Part shown: positions 52,709 through 64,000 of the stretch, piece by piece
Layout of the letters: the number at the start of each line of letters is the position of its first letter
Position numbering within the stretch: the stretch's first letter is position 1
Source of the DNA: Lytechinus pictus
Taxonomy: Eukaryota
Reading direction: 5' to 3'
Length of the DNA stretch: 64,000 nucleotides
NCBI RefSeq assembly: GCF_037042905.1
Contig: NC_087252.1
Location: 1,798,001-1,862,000, forward strand
The notes under the pieces: generated by a model
Told to the model about the DNA's origin: nothing
What the model saw: only the letters and a program-made list of their open reading frames with translations
Databases searched by the model: none
Made by a program: the position numbers and the translations under genes

Positions 52709-53683
52709 ATGGCTTCAGTGAATGCAAGTACCCTTCCATGGATTCCTAATCCTCCAATCTACACAGCTTTCATTGTTACGTTGGCTATTCTTCTCATCTG
52801 CAGTACTGTTGTCGGAAACTTTCTGGTAGTCGCCACCTTCCTCAAAACCGATCGTCTCCGAAGACCTACCTACTATCTTTTATCTAGTTTAGCCTTTGTC
52901 GACCTATTAAACGGTGCTATCAGCATACCAGTAGAAACATTCAACAGATCTGTCTTCATTGAAGTGACATGTCTTTACACCTACTCAAGGTATCTCTCGT
53001 CGTTCACCTATCTATTTGGCGGGAATTCACTGCTTCACATCGTCATGGTAACCTTGGATCGTTACATCGCTGTTCATAAACCTCTTCGGTACGAAGCCTT
53101 GGTCACCTCGAAGCGAATCGCATTCGGGATACTCCTCAGCTGGTTGATGAGCATCTTGTTTGTCATCGGTCTGGTTGGTAAAGATGAAGATGCAAGTCTC
53201 GTCGGAAACTACTGCGCTGGTACTATCACTCAAACGGATCACCTGTATAGGATTGGGATCATCATCCTGATGATAATCATCATCTTGTCCTCACTAACGT
53301 TGGTCATCCTCAACATGTTGATTCTTCGTACAGCATTGCACCATGCACGAAGGATCGCTCAGATGGAACAAGCCGTTGGTCGAGGACGTCAAGAAGAAAG
53401 CGTCTCTCGTATCAAGGCTTCAAAGATAGTCACCACGATCACCCTTGCGTTTTTTGTTTGTTACATACCCACGAGTATAGTTCATGTCGCCATTGTTATC
53501 GACAATGGTCTGTTTAATCGTCCTTTTGACGACATGGCAGCGTTTATATTTTATCTTAGCTCTGCGGTGAACCCGGTGATATACTGCTACCGTGATCGTT
53601 TGTTCCGTGAAAATGCAGTCAGATTCTTCAAAGACATAACTGTGTGGAGAAAACTATGTTCTTCTGAATCTACTTTTGATTAA
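52709..53683 (+). CDS. Intronless class A GPCR, more divergent paralog B
   Basis: GN, LAFVD, LDRY and NPVIY motifs; clearly homologous to A1/A2. ATG at 52709 (ORF-track start is GTG). Confidence 0.93.
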   Translation: MASVNASTLPWIPNPPIYTAFIVTLAILLICSTVVGNFLVVATFLKTDRLRRPTYYLLSSLAFVDLLNGAISIPVETFNRSVFIEVTCLYTYSRYLSSFTYLFGGNSLLHIVMVTLDRYIAVHKPLRYEALVTSKRIAFGILLSWLMSILFVIGLVGKDEDASLVGNYCAGTITQTDHLYRIGIIILMIIIILSSLTLVILNMLILRTALHHARRIAQMEQAVGRGRQEESVSRIKASKIVTTITLAFFVCYIPTSIVHVAIVIDNGLFNRPFDDMAAFIFYLSSAVNPVIYCYRDRLFRENAVRFFKDITVWRKLCSSESTFD

Positions 53684-53864
53684 GCATGGGGTCAAACGAA
53701 GAGTGAATTTGGAAGTGGTGGCGAATATCCGCTGAGCCATGTAAAGTTTAATAGGAATGATAAGAATGAGAAAGTCATGTTTCCCAATATAGCCGCATCA
53801 TAGTTCCGAAAACTAGTTCTCCCAGCTTTAACTTTATCATGATCTAATGATAATCACCCCGGCA

Positions 53865-54175
53865 TTAGAGGATATAGAGCTTTTTCGTCTGTTGCTCCTC
53901 GGATTTGCAACTCTCTACCAATCCAACTTCGTAATTGTAACAACATTTAAACCTTCAAATCTGAACTATTAAAGACCCATTTCTTCAAGCAACTTTGTGA
54001 ATAATGTGTGACATAATTAATAGGGTGCCTGCGCCTTTGAATGTGTGTGTGTGTGTGTGTGTTTACAGATAAATGGCGCTATAAAAATGCTGTTCATCAA
54101 CATCATCATCATCATCGTCATCACCATCATCACCATCATCATCATCATCATCGTCACCATCATCATCATCATCAT
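53865..54175 (+). mobile_element. L2-type LINE 3' end with (TG)n and (CAT)n tail
   Basis: Degenerate RAFSSVAPRIxNSLP...FK...KTHFF C-terminal motif, then ggcgctataaaaatgc and CAT repeats. Confidence 0.7.
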
Positions 54176-55001
54176 TAACTGTGCTATGTGGCTCAGGCAT
54201 TGATACCGCGAATAATGCGGTCGGATTCGAAATTCTCGGACCTCGTATAAAAATAATCCTATATATTATAGGATTATTATATAGGGCATATTTACAGTCT
54301 TTATGGAGCCAAGGTGTTTGGTTCAATTAACACCGAACAAGAGATGCGATATGGAGCAAAGAAAAAAAACGAGGGAATGGAACCCGTTATACTTCACGTT
54401 ATATCGATGCAAGAATCAGCACATTATTTTTTTTTTTACTTCTATCTTTTGATCATGCCATTTTGGGGTTGTTTAGAGACAACTGCTGTTGCCATGATCA
54501 CAAAAGCAACCTCTTTTACACCAGGTAGTCAGTGGAAATTGATCATGGATGATTGCACACCTTGCTTTTCAATTAATTTCCCGTCTTTGTACCTTTTACA
54601 ATAATGTAATTGGCTGTCACGCATCACAGTTACCATTACCGCAAAATGCTTATGACTACGGGTAAATTAAGAACCTAAATATTTTTTTCTGCGTGGATGA
54701 AAGTGTTTAATATTAATAACACACATCTCCAAGCAGGTGATCCGTACAAAGCTGCAGGTCCAATTGTTGATTTGGTGATGTTTCGGGAAACACGGATCTA
54801 TCTGACAAGATACCAGTTCTTAAACAAAAGGAGAGAGGAAAGACATATAAACGGTCCGACGTGCAAAAGGGAAAAACATGAAAAAGGTTGTTTTATAGCC
54901 TGTCAATGGTTTCATTAGGAGTGAATTAAGTGGGCTTTTGAATTTGAAATGTTATCCTAAAAATTATCCCGCGGATGGATTGATCCATTTTCAACATTGA
55001 A

Positions 55002-55988
55002 ATGATGACTCCTGTCAATACAACTGTGATTTTTCATTCTAACCACCCAGTATACACCGGAGTTTGCGTCACGTTTGCTGTTCTCATCATGTGTGTTTCG
55101 GTCGTAGGGAACTTCTTGGTAATCGCAACCTTCCTCAAAACTGAACGTCTTAGGACACCTACATATTATCTTCTCTCCAGTTTAGCCGCTATAGACTTTT
55201 TAAACGGTTTGGTCGGAATCCCATTAGAACTCTATAGGAGAGTTGTATTTTCTGAAATAACATGTCTTGAAAAGTACTCAAGGTATTTTTCAGCATTCAG
55301 CTATCTTTTTGGTGGCAATAATCTATTTCATATTGTCATGGTAACATGTGATCGATACATCGCCGTTCACCGACCTCTCCGATACCAAACACTCGTCACC
55401 ACGAAGCGAATCGCGATCGGGATACTCATCAGTTGGTTGATGGGTATCGTTGGGTTTATGCTTCACCTAGTCAGCAAATTAGAAGAAAGTCCAACTACCG
55501 CTACAATTTACTGCTCTGGGACTACTTTCCAGTATGATCTCGGCAGTAGAATATGGTTTTTCCTTGTGATGACAGCGATCATCGCATCGGTATCAACCTT
55601 ACTTGTCCTCAACATGCTGATTCTGCGAACTGCAATGCGACATGCGCGTCGAATAGCCGATATGGAGCAGGCTATCGGAAGAGCACAAGACGATATTACC
55701 GCTTCTCGTGTGAAGGCATCACAGAAAGTCACATTCATCACTCTTGCTTTTTTCCTTTCATGCATCCCAATGAGTGTGTTTCATATCATTGTGGTTTTTG
55801 ATACTGAGGCTCATCTGTACTCTCGTCCATTTGATGACGTCACAATGTTCCTGTTTTACTGCGGATCTGCTGTAAATCCAATTATATACTGCTACCACAA
55901 TCGCACATTCCGTGAAAATACCCTGAAGTATTTTAAGAACAAAACTGTTTGGAGAAAACTTTGTTCCACCGAATCTACATTTTCTTAG
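55002..55988 (+). CDS. Intronless class A GPCR, paralog A2
   Basis: Collinear with A1, with substitutions only; flanks also homologous. Confidence 0.93.
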   Translation: MMTPVNTTVIFHSNHPVYTGVCVTFAVLIMCVSVVGNFLVIATFLKTERLRTPTYYLLSSLAAIDFLNGLVGIPLELYRRVVFSEITCLEKYSRYFSAFSYLFGGNNLFHIVMVTCDRYIAVHRPLRYQTLVTTKRIAIGILISWLMGIVGFMLHLVSKLEESPTTATIYCSGTTFQYDLGSRIWFFLVMTAIIASVSTLLVLNMLILRTAMRHARRIADMEQAIGRAQDDITASRVKASQKVTFITLAFFLSCIPMSVFHIIVVFDTEAHLYSRPFDDVTMFLFYCGSAVNPIIYCYHNRTFRENTLKYFKNKTVWRKLCSTESTFS

Positions 55989-57517
55989 ATTCAGAAACCT
56001 AGGAAATTTTGTAGACAGGGCGGCAAATGGTATGGTATGGGGAATAACTTTTATCCTAATATACGAGAATAATGCCTCGGCTGGCTCATCAGCATGACGG
56101 CCACTAAAGGAAGGTCATATTAAGAATCGACAAAGAGGGCACTAAGATCCAAGAACTGGTAATCCGATCATCAATGTTATTTTCACCTAGCCAAATTTTC
56201 TAAACGATCGATCATCATTCTGTTCTTTAGAATAGACACGACGATACCCCAGATCTTGATATTTGGACATAATAATAGCTCGTTTAATCTTCTGTAGCTT
56301 AGACATGAGAGAAGTATTGAGATAGTAGATCTGAGATCTTGTCATGTCTATTAGAAGAGATGATCAATTAATTTGCAAGATGTAAAAACTGCGACATCCA
56401 AGAACTTCAGTCGACATCATCCATTAGGAAGGATGAATAGATGACAAGATGATGATGAGATCTGAGATTCTGCAATCTTGGCCCCTGTTTCATAAAGGAC
56501 TTGCAACTGTTGTAACTTTGCCATTATGGCAACTACCATGGAAACCTTGATTCTGATTGACTGCTGAGCCTTGTTACCATGGTAGTTGTCATTATGGCAA
56601 AGGTACAACAGTTGCAAGTCAGTCATGAAACGGGCCCTGATCATCTTTTCTTTAGAATGCAGACATGGCGAGATCCGATATCTTCTCATTTGGACATCTT
56701 GGTGGTATTGCAATCATCCATACCACAGATCGAAGAGATGATAACACGACCAGACCTCGAATGTCGTCAAAATGATCGGGGGAGCGTTTCGTGAAATGAC
56801 TTGTCCGACGTTTTATCCGACAAGTTCCATTTTGTCATACTGATCATACTGATAAAAGGAACGTTATCAAGGCACGTTGTACGTCAGGTCGGACAACTTG
56901 TCTGAAAAAATTATTGGATCTCGTAATGTTTACATCTTGCCATTGGATCATCTCTTTGTGATTAAAGTTTAATTGTTGATATCATGTTGATTCATCAATG
57001 CTTTACATTATTTTTTCAAACTTTTATGTATTTTACTGATGTATCTTAATTGAAGAAATATATGATTTCAAATATCTTGTCAATTCCAAAACGAATTTGC
57101 TGATTGGACGAAATCAATTTAATTGAACATTCTAAGAAAAATTAAGGGTTCTTAAAGGGTTTCATACTTGCCCAGTAAATTGACCTTTGAAGGTTCCATA
57201 ATGGTTCTAATTACGTTAAACAGCCACTTTGAATTCTTTTTAAGTTTGTGAAAACGATAACTTTCGGGAACCTTTTCGAGGGTTCCGTATACCGGACAAA
57301 AGGGTTCCAGTTCGCAGCTACATTTTTCTAAGAGTAAATTAACACGACTGGATCCAAGATCTAATTGCGTTTGAACATATTTTTTTCCAAAAGGAAGCAT
57401 AGATATATAGGCTTGTGAGTGTGATGCCATGTTGTACATACAAAGGGTTGTGTGTTTTCAATGAGATTCTTCAACTTTTGCATTGTTCCTCAGTCAGTGA
57501 TAGTATTGATGCTTAAT

Positions 57518-60500
57518 AAGCCAGTTCGTAGTTCCTTTCTGCGCATGACCAGAGGAAGTTCATCTGTACTAAAGTGAGTGACATGGTGGTTTAAAATCTA
57601 ATGAGATAAGCACCAACTTTGATGTCTTGATTATTCATATATTCTTTTGAATTGGGGTTTTCATTTACATCCACAAAAACAACAATGCGTTCACGAACGA
57701 CTGGTATTTCACAGTTTGCCAAGTACATTGTGCAACATGCTATGATATGCATTCAAAGTAAGAATGCAACAAATGCCTTCATAAAGTGTTCATTGGTGTG
57801 CTATTGTAGTCACCTGGTCTATCCAATTTCTTTATCCTGCTATGCAAGGCAAGCTTACGTAATATCTTGCTTTAAAATCAGCCTATCATAATGAAAGAAA
57901 TGAAAGGTCATTTGACCAAATTGTCCATGTAGTCCAGGATAGAAGAGGCATTACCTTGTTTTTTTATATATACAATATTTTTTTATGGTTTCTTGTCAAT
58001 TCGAGGGTGCTGATTCCGAATCTGAATGATGCCACTCGTGTAACCTTGAGCATTTTCTGCAAATTGGCAAAATCCAATATGGCCGCCAAAATATTCAAAT
58101 TACCCATGAAAATCATAAAATTGTCCACACATTGGCTTTAAAGTACATGCAATTGTGCTGCCGGAGTGAAATAATATCTGAAAAAATGATTTTTGTCAAC
58201 ATATTTATTTTCTTGATATCAAAATGGCCGCCATCATAGACCCCTGTACAATATGAATGGGGAAAATTAATTTTTACAAAATTGAGCACTGAAATGCAAG
58301 TAATTATGATCTATGAGTGAAGCAATGTCTGTAAACATGATTGCTTAACGATATATATAATTTGTTATGTCAGTTATGTGATAAATCCTGTATTTTGATA
58401 TTCAAAATGGCCTTCAAAAGCCCTAACACTATTATGTACAATGTGAATGGTGACACAAAAAAAATCACAAGAGTGAGCACTAAAATGCATTTTGTTGAGA
58501 TAAACGAGTGGAATACTGACTAAAAACATTATTGTTAACGAAATTTATTATTTAACATGCCATGTATGTGATAAACCCTGTATTTTGATATCTAATATGA
58601 CCGCCAAAGGCCCTAAAATTATGATCTACGATGTGAGAGAGGACAAAAACAATCACAAGGTGAGCACTAAAACGTATTTTTTGTGGTAAATTAGTGGAAT
58701 ACTGTCTTCAAATATAATTTGCAACGAAATATATTATTCGGGTTTCATATTTGTGTTAAATATTGTATTTTGACTTTCAAAATGGCCGCCAAAAGACATT
58801 GACTGTATTATGTACAATCGATCTGGGAAACCAATTTTCACATGAGTCAGCACCATAACATGCATATAATTGTGATTTAAGAGTAAAATATTGTCTGAAA
58901 ACATAATTCCTAACAAGATATATCATTCATTCTGCCAGGTAGGTGATAAATAATGTATTTTGAAAGTCAAAATGGCCGCTACAGGCCCTAACGGTAGGCC
59001 TATTATGTACTTTGTGAATGGGAACATATAATTTTAACAGAATTTGGCTTTGCTTGACTAAATGGTGTTGCATGTATGAGTGAAATATCGTCTGAAAATA
59101 TGATTTTGTAACCAAATAGATCATTTCTTATGTTATTTAGGTGATAAATGCTATATTTAAATTTCAAAATGGCTGCAATATGTTTCTTTGTGGAAATTAT
59201 CTTTCCCCATTCAAATTTTACATATTAAGATAAGGGACTATGGCCGCCATTTTTCAATTTTAAAAGGCTGCATTCATCACCTTTATGACACAAGCTATGA
59301 TATATTTCGTTAGAAATCATTGGGTTTAGACAATACTTAACACTTACATCAAAATTAAGCCATTTTCATAGTAACAATTTTGTCAAAATTATCTGTTTCC
59401 AGTTACAATGTACATACTACTTTGGGCTATGGCAGCAATTTTGAATTTCAAAGTAAGGCCTTTATTACCTTCTCAACCATTATGTGATGTATTTAGTCAG
59501 AAATCATGTTCAAGACCAAATTTTACCTATACATCACATAGTTACGTGCGTTTTTGGTTCTCATTCTGGTGATGATTAGTTTCCCTATACGCATTTGTAG
59601 GGGCTTGTGCGGCCGTTTTGAAAGTCAAAATACAGTATTTATCACCTATGGGAGAGGAAATGTTATATTTCATTAAAAAAATCACGTTTTCAAACAATAT
59701 TTTCCTTATACAACAGAATTATATGGATTTCATAGTCAGGCAAATCCTAATTCTTTCAAAAGTATTTGTCCCCATTTACATTGTAGATAATACTGTAAGG
59801 GCCCATAGGGGCCATTTTGAATTTTACAATACAGCATTTATCTCATGCATGAAAAATGAAATGATATGTTTCGCCAGAAATCATGTGTTTAGACAATATT
59901 TCACTCGTATAGATTACAATTACATTCATTTTATTGTTTTTACTCTTGTGAAAATTAGTTTCTTCATTCGCTTTGTTCATAATACAGATAGGGCCTATGG
60001 CAGCCATTTTGAATGTCAACATGCAGCATGATTACCGAAATTGCAAGGGAAATGATATGTTTCGTTAGAAATCCTTGCTGTCAGACAGTGTTACACCAAT
60101 ATTTCGCAGTTATTGGCATTTTAAAGTCAAACAAATTCAAAGGTTGTGAAAATTATTTGTCCCCTTTTATATATTGTACACAGTATAAGGGGTCTATGAT
60201 AGCCATTTTGAATATCATAATACAGCATTTATCACATTAGATAGTATACAAATGACATAGTTTTGTTAATAGTCATGTTTTCAGACAGTAGTCCACTCGC
60301 AGGTCACAATCACATGCAATAATAGTGCTCTTGTTTGAAAAAATATTTTCCCATTCATATTCTACATAATAAAGTATACAGGGGCTATGGCGGCCATTTT
60401 GAATATCAATAAATTACAATTAATTACCAATTGGTACTTCACTTCTGCACAACAACTACATGCATTTTACAGGTAATGTGTTGGCAATTTTATGATTTTC

Positions 60501-60711
60501 ATGGGTAATTTGCATATTTTGGCGGCCATATTGGATTTTGCCAATTTGCGGAAAATGCTCAAGGTTACAAGAGTGGCATCATTCAGATTCGGAATCAGCA
60601 CCCTCGAATTGACAAGAAACCATAAAAAAACATTGTATATCTGAAAAAACAAGGTTCGACCCCTTGTCTATGGGGCCTATCCTGGACTAATGAAGTAACT
60701 ACGAACTGGTC
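57518..60711. mobile_element. Host MITE of the Academ-like insertion
   Basis: Inverted termini ccagttcgtagtt / aactacgaactgg. Confidence 0.55.
57930..60689. mobile_element. Academ-like non-autonomous DNA transposon
   Basis: atg|TAGTCCAGGATAG...CTATCCTGGACTA|atg: TAG termini, 3-bp TSD, TIRs over 200 bp, many aaaatggccgcc motifs. Confidence 0.8.
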
Positions 60712-60797
60712 TATTAAACTAGACAACATGCCTGAGGGGAAAATGAATGAGAATGGAATGAACCTGGTGAAGTGATGTTGCTATGACAGATGAACAA

Positions 60798-60980
60798 TGT
60801 ATGAGGATTAGTGGAGATGGAATGAAGGATGGGATTAAGACAATTTATGAGGATTAGTGGAGATGGAATGAAGGATGGGATTAAGACAATGTATGGGGAT
60901 TAGTGGATATGGAATGAAGGATGGGATTAAGACAATGTATGAGGATTAGTGGAGATTGAATGAAGGATGGGATTAAGACA
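60798..60980. repeat. 46-bp tandem repeat, 4 copies
   Basis: Unit tgtatgaggattagtggagatggaatgaaggatgggattaagacaa. Confidence 0.92.
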
Positions 60981-61399
60981 CCATGCAGCGTGAAGACATG
61001 AGAAGCAGTAAATTAACTCCAGGGACAAGCTAAATATGCTCCCAGAGAAAACAAATGCACCAACAAAATTTACTTTCAGCCAATCAGACTGGGAGGATTT
61101 AGTAGCTTTTAACAGTCATTGCGAATTTTTATGAAATTGGTCCAACATGAACTCAAATTCAACACTGTATTTTTTTTTATATTGGCCTAGCTATGTATGT
61201 ATGTGTGTGAGGGTGAGGGCGTTAGTGCGTGTGTCAATTCGTTTGTAGTTTAGGTTATTTTTTCTGTATATTGTATCAAGAGCCCTCAACGTTTGTAAAC
61301 CAGTTAAATTGCTACCATCAGTACCATGTTAAAAAAAATTAATTAAATATGAAGAAAAATCCCAGTTGAATGTTTCACGTTTGCTCATTAGTGGCTTAA

Positions 61400-61976
61400 A
61401 GGGGTACTCCAGGCTGAAGATATGATTTGAACAGATTAAGAAAAAAAAAAACAGACAAATAAAGCACTGAAAAGGTGATCACAATCGGACAAGGAATAAC
61501 AAAGTTATGCATTTTAAAGACTTGCATTATTCCGGTGAAACAGTTCTAGGCATGTCTTCATGAATATTCAGAGAGCAGACTGACGTCACATCCCCACTTG
61601 TTCTTTTGTATTTTATTATATGAAATTAGGTTTATTTACTTTTCCTCCAATGACCAACACTAATGGAATAACAACTGATAAATGCATTAGATATTCATTG
61701 CTGCAATTTATTTCATTACAAGGGAAATATATCATTCACACATGTATGGAAAAATTAAATAATTATTTTTTCATGTACTAACATAAGAAAATGCTAATTG
61801 GTCTGTGACATCTTCAGCTCATTAAACGAACATTCACAATATATTGCTAAACTTTAAAATTCAATAACTTCGCTATTTCTTATCAGATTTTGATGAAATT
61901 TTCAGCATTTTATTCTGTGAAATTTACTCCGTCTTTTTTTTCAAGATACAAATACTTTTATCCCGGAGGGTCCCAC
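61400..61976. mobile_element. Kolobok-like MITE, family 3 (diverged)
   Basis: TTAA|AGGGGTACTCCAGGCTG start; internal similarity to 6619-7209. Confidence 0.65.
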
Positions 61977-62063
61977 TAAAGTACTTTATAATCAAAGATC
62001 GACGGTTGCAATTACAGTTAATACTGTCATGAACATAAACCTCTATCATGCAACTGTTATTAA

Positions 62064-62275
62064 AGGTCAAGTCCACCACAGGAAATTGTTGATTTGAATA
62101 GAGAAAAATCAAACTAGCATAACGCTGAAAACTTCAAAATCGGATGTAAAATAAGAAAGTTATGACATATTAGAGTTTTGCTTATTTTTCAAATCAGTGA
62201 TATGCACAACTCAGTGACATGCAAATGAGAGAGTCAATGATGTCCCTCACTCACTATTTCTTTTGATTTTTATTG
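62064..62275. mobile_element. Kolobok-like family 2 left half, running into the 35-bp satellite
   Basis: TTAA|AGGTCAAGTCCACC; matches about 1741-1960. Confidence 0.7.
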
Positions 62276-63910
62276 CTCAATGATGCAATCAATCGAACAA
62301 TTCAACAACCACTCAATGATGCAATCAATCTAACAATTTAACAACCACTCAATGATGCGATCAATCTAACAATTCAACAACCACTCAATGATGCAATCAA
62401 TCTACAATTCAACAACCACTAAATGATGCAATCAATCTACAATTCGACAAGAACCACTAAATGATGCAATTTATCTACAATTCAACAACCACTCAATGAT
62501 GCAATCAATCTACAATTCAACAACCACTAAATGATGCAATCAATCTACAATTCGACAAGAACCACTAAATGATGCAATTTATCTACAATTCAACAACCAC
62601 ACAATGATGCAATCAATCTACAATTCAACAACCACTCAATGATGCAATCAATCTACAATTCCACAACCACTCAATGATGCAATAAATCTACAATTAAACA
62701 ACCACTCATTGATGCAATCAATCTACAATTTAACAACCACTCAATGATGCAATCAATCTACAATTCAACAACCACTCAATGATGCAATCAATCTACATTT
62801 CAACAACCACTCAATGATGCAATCAATCTACAATTCAACAACCACTCAATGATGCAATCAATCTACAATTCAACAACCACTCAATGATGTAATCAATCTA
62901 CAATTCAACAACCACTCAATGATGCAATCAATCTACAATTCAACAACCACTCAATGATGCAATCAATCTACAATTCAACAACCACTCAATGATGCAATCA
63001 ATCTACATTTCAACAACCACTCAATGATGCAATCAATCTACAATTCAACAACCACTCAATGATGCAATCAATCTACAATTCAACAACCACTCAATGATGC
63101 AATCAATCTACAATTCAACAACCACTCAATGATGTAATCAATCTATAATTCAACAACCACACAATGATGCAATTTATCTACAATTAAACAACCACTCAAT
63201 GATGCAATTTATCTACAATTCAACAACCACTCAATGATGCAATCAATCTACAATTCAACAACCACTCAATGATGCAATCAATCTACAATTCAACAACCAC
63301 TCAATGATGCAATCAATCTACATTTCAACAACCACTCAATGATGCAATCAATCTACAATTCAACAACCACTCAATGATGCAATCAATCTACAATTCAACA
63401 ACCACTCAATGATGCAATCAATCTACAATTCAACAACCACTCAATGATGTAATCAATCTACAATTCAACAACCACACAATGATGCAATTTATCTACAATT
63501 CAACAACCACTCAATGGTGCAACCAATCTACAATTCAACAACCACTCAATGATGCAACCAATCTACAATTCAACAACCACTCAATGATGCAATAAATCTA
63601 CAATTCAACAACCACTCAATGATGTAATCAATCTACAATTCAACAACCACACAATGATGCAATTTATCTACAATTAAACAACCACTCAATGATGCAATCA
63701 ATCTACAATTCAACAACCACTCAATGATGCAATCAATCTACAATTCAACAACCACTTAATGATGCAATAAATCTACAATTCAACAACCACTCAATGATGC
63801 AATCAATCCACAATTCAACAACCACTCAATGATGCAATCAATCTACAATTCAACAACCACTCAATGATGCAATCAATCTACAATTCAACAACCAGTCAAT
63901 GATTCAATCA
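62276..63910. repeat. 35-bp minisatellite, about 46 copies
   Basis: Unit caacaaccactcaatgatgcaatcaatctacaatt. Confidence 0.97.
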
Positions 63911-64000
63911 TAATATAATTCATTTAAATTCAACAAGCAACTAACATGACTAATCGATGATTCAATAATGATAATTTGTTAATATTTTAAATTGAATTCA

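Noticed and set aside
54063-54326. Poly-Asp ORF
   Set aside because: Antisense translation of the (CAT)n tail of a LINE fragment.
62276-63910. CRISPR-sized 35-bp repeats
   Set aside because: Head-to-tail units with no spacers; a plain minisatellite.

Overview
AT-rich, repeat-dense eukaryotic genomic DNA. The repeat types and the intronless GPCR cluster suggest a sea urchin or other invertebrate deuterostome (inference). Two spliced minus-strand genes can be reconstructed with consistent splice phases: LRRC58 (3 coding exons, about 369 aa) and an NKAPD1/C11orf57-like gene (4 coding exons, about 322 aa, RS/RD-rich tail). The plus strand holds three intact single-exon rhodopsin-class GPCRs and a truncated GPCR pseudogene. 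The rest is mostly non-autonomous DNA transposons (Kolobok-, piggyBac-, Tc1-, hAT-, Sola-, Academ-, CACTA-like), SINE/LINE fragments and two large minisatellites. The most striking observation is a 4.5-kb, 50-bp-unit minisatellite in an NKAPD1 intron whose unit contains a copy of the upstream exon's own 3' end and 5' splice site, giving about 90 tandem decoy donors. Also notable are a 1.17-kb near-perfect palindromic element upstream of NKAPD1, a five-layer concentric transposon nest, an in-frame strong-context uORF before LRRC58, and a duplicated hairpin with a compensatory substitution.
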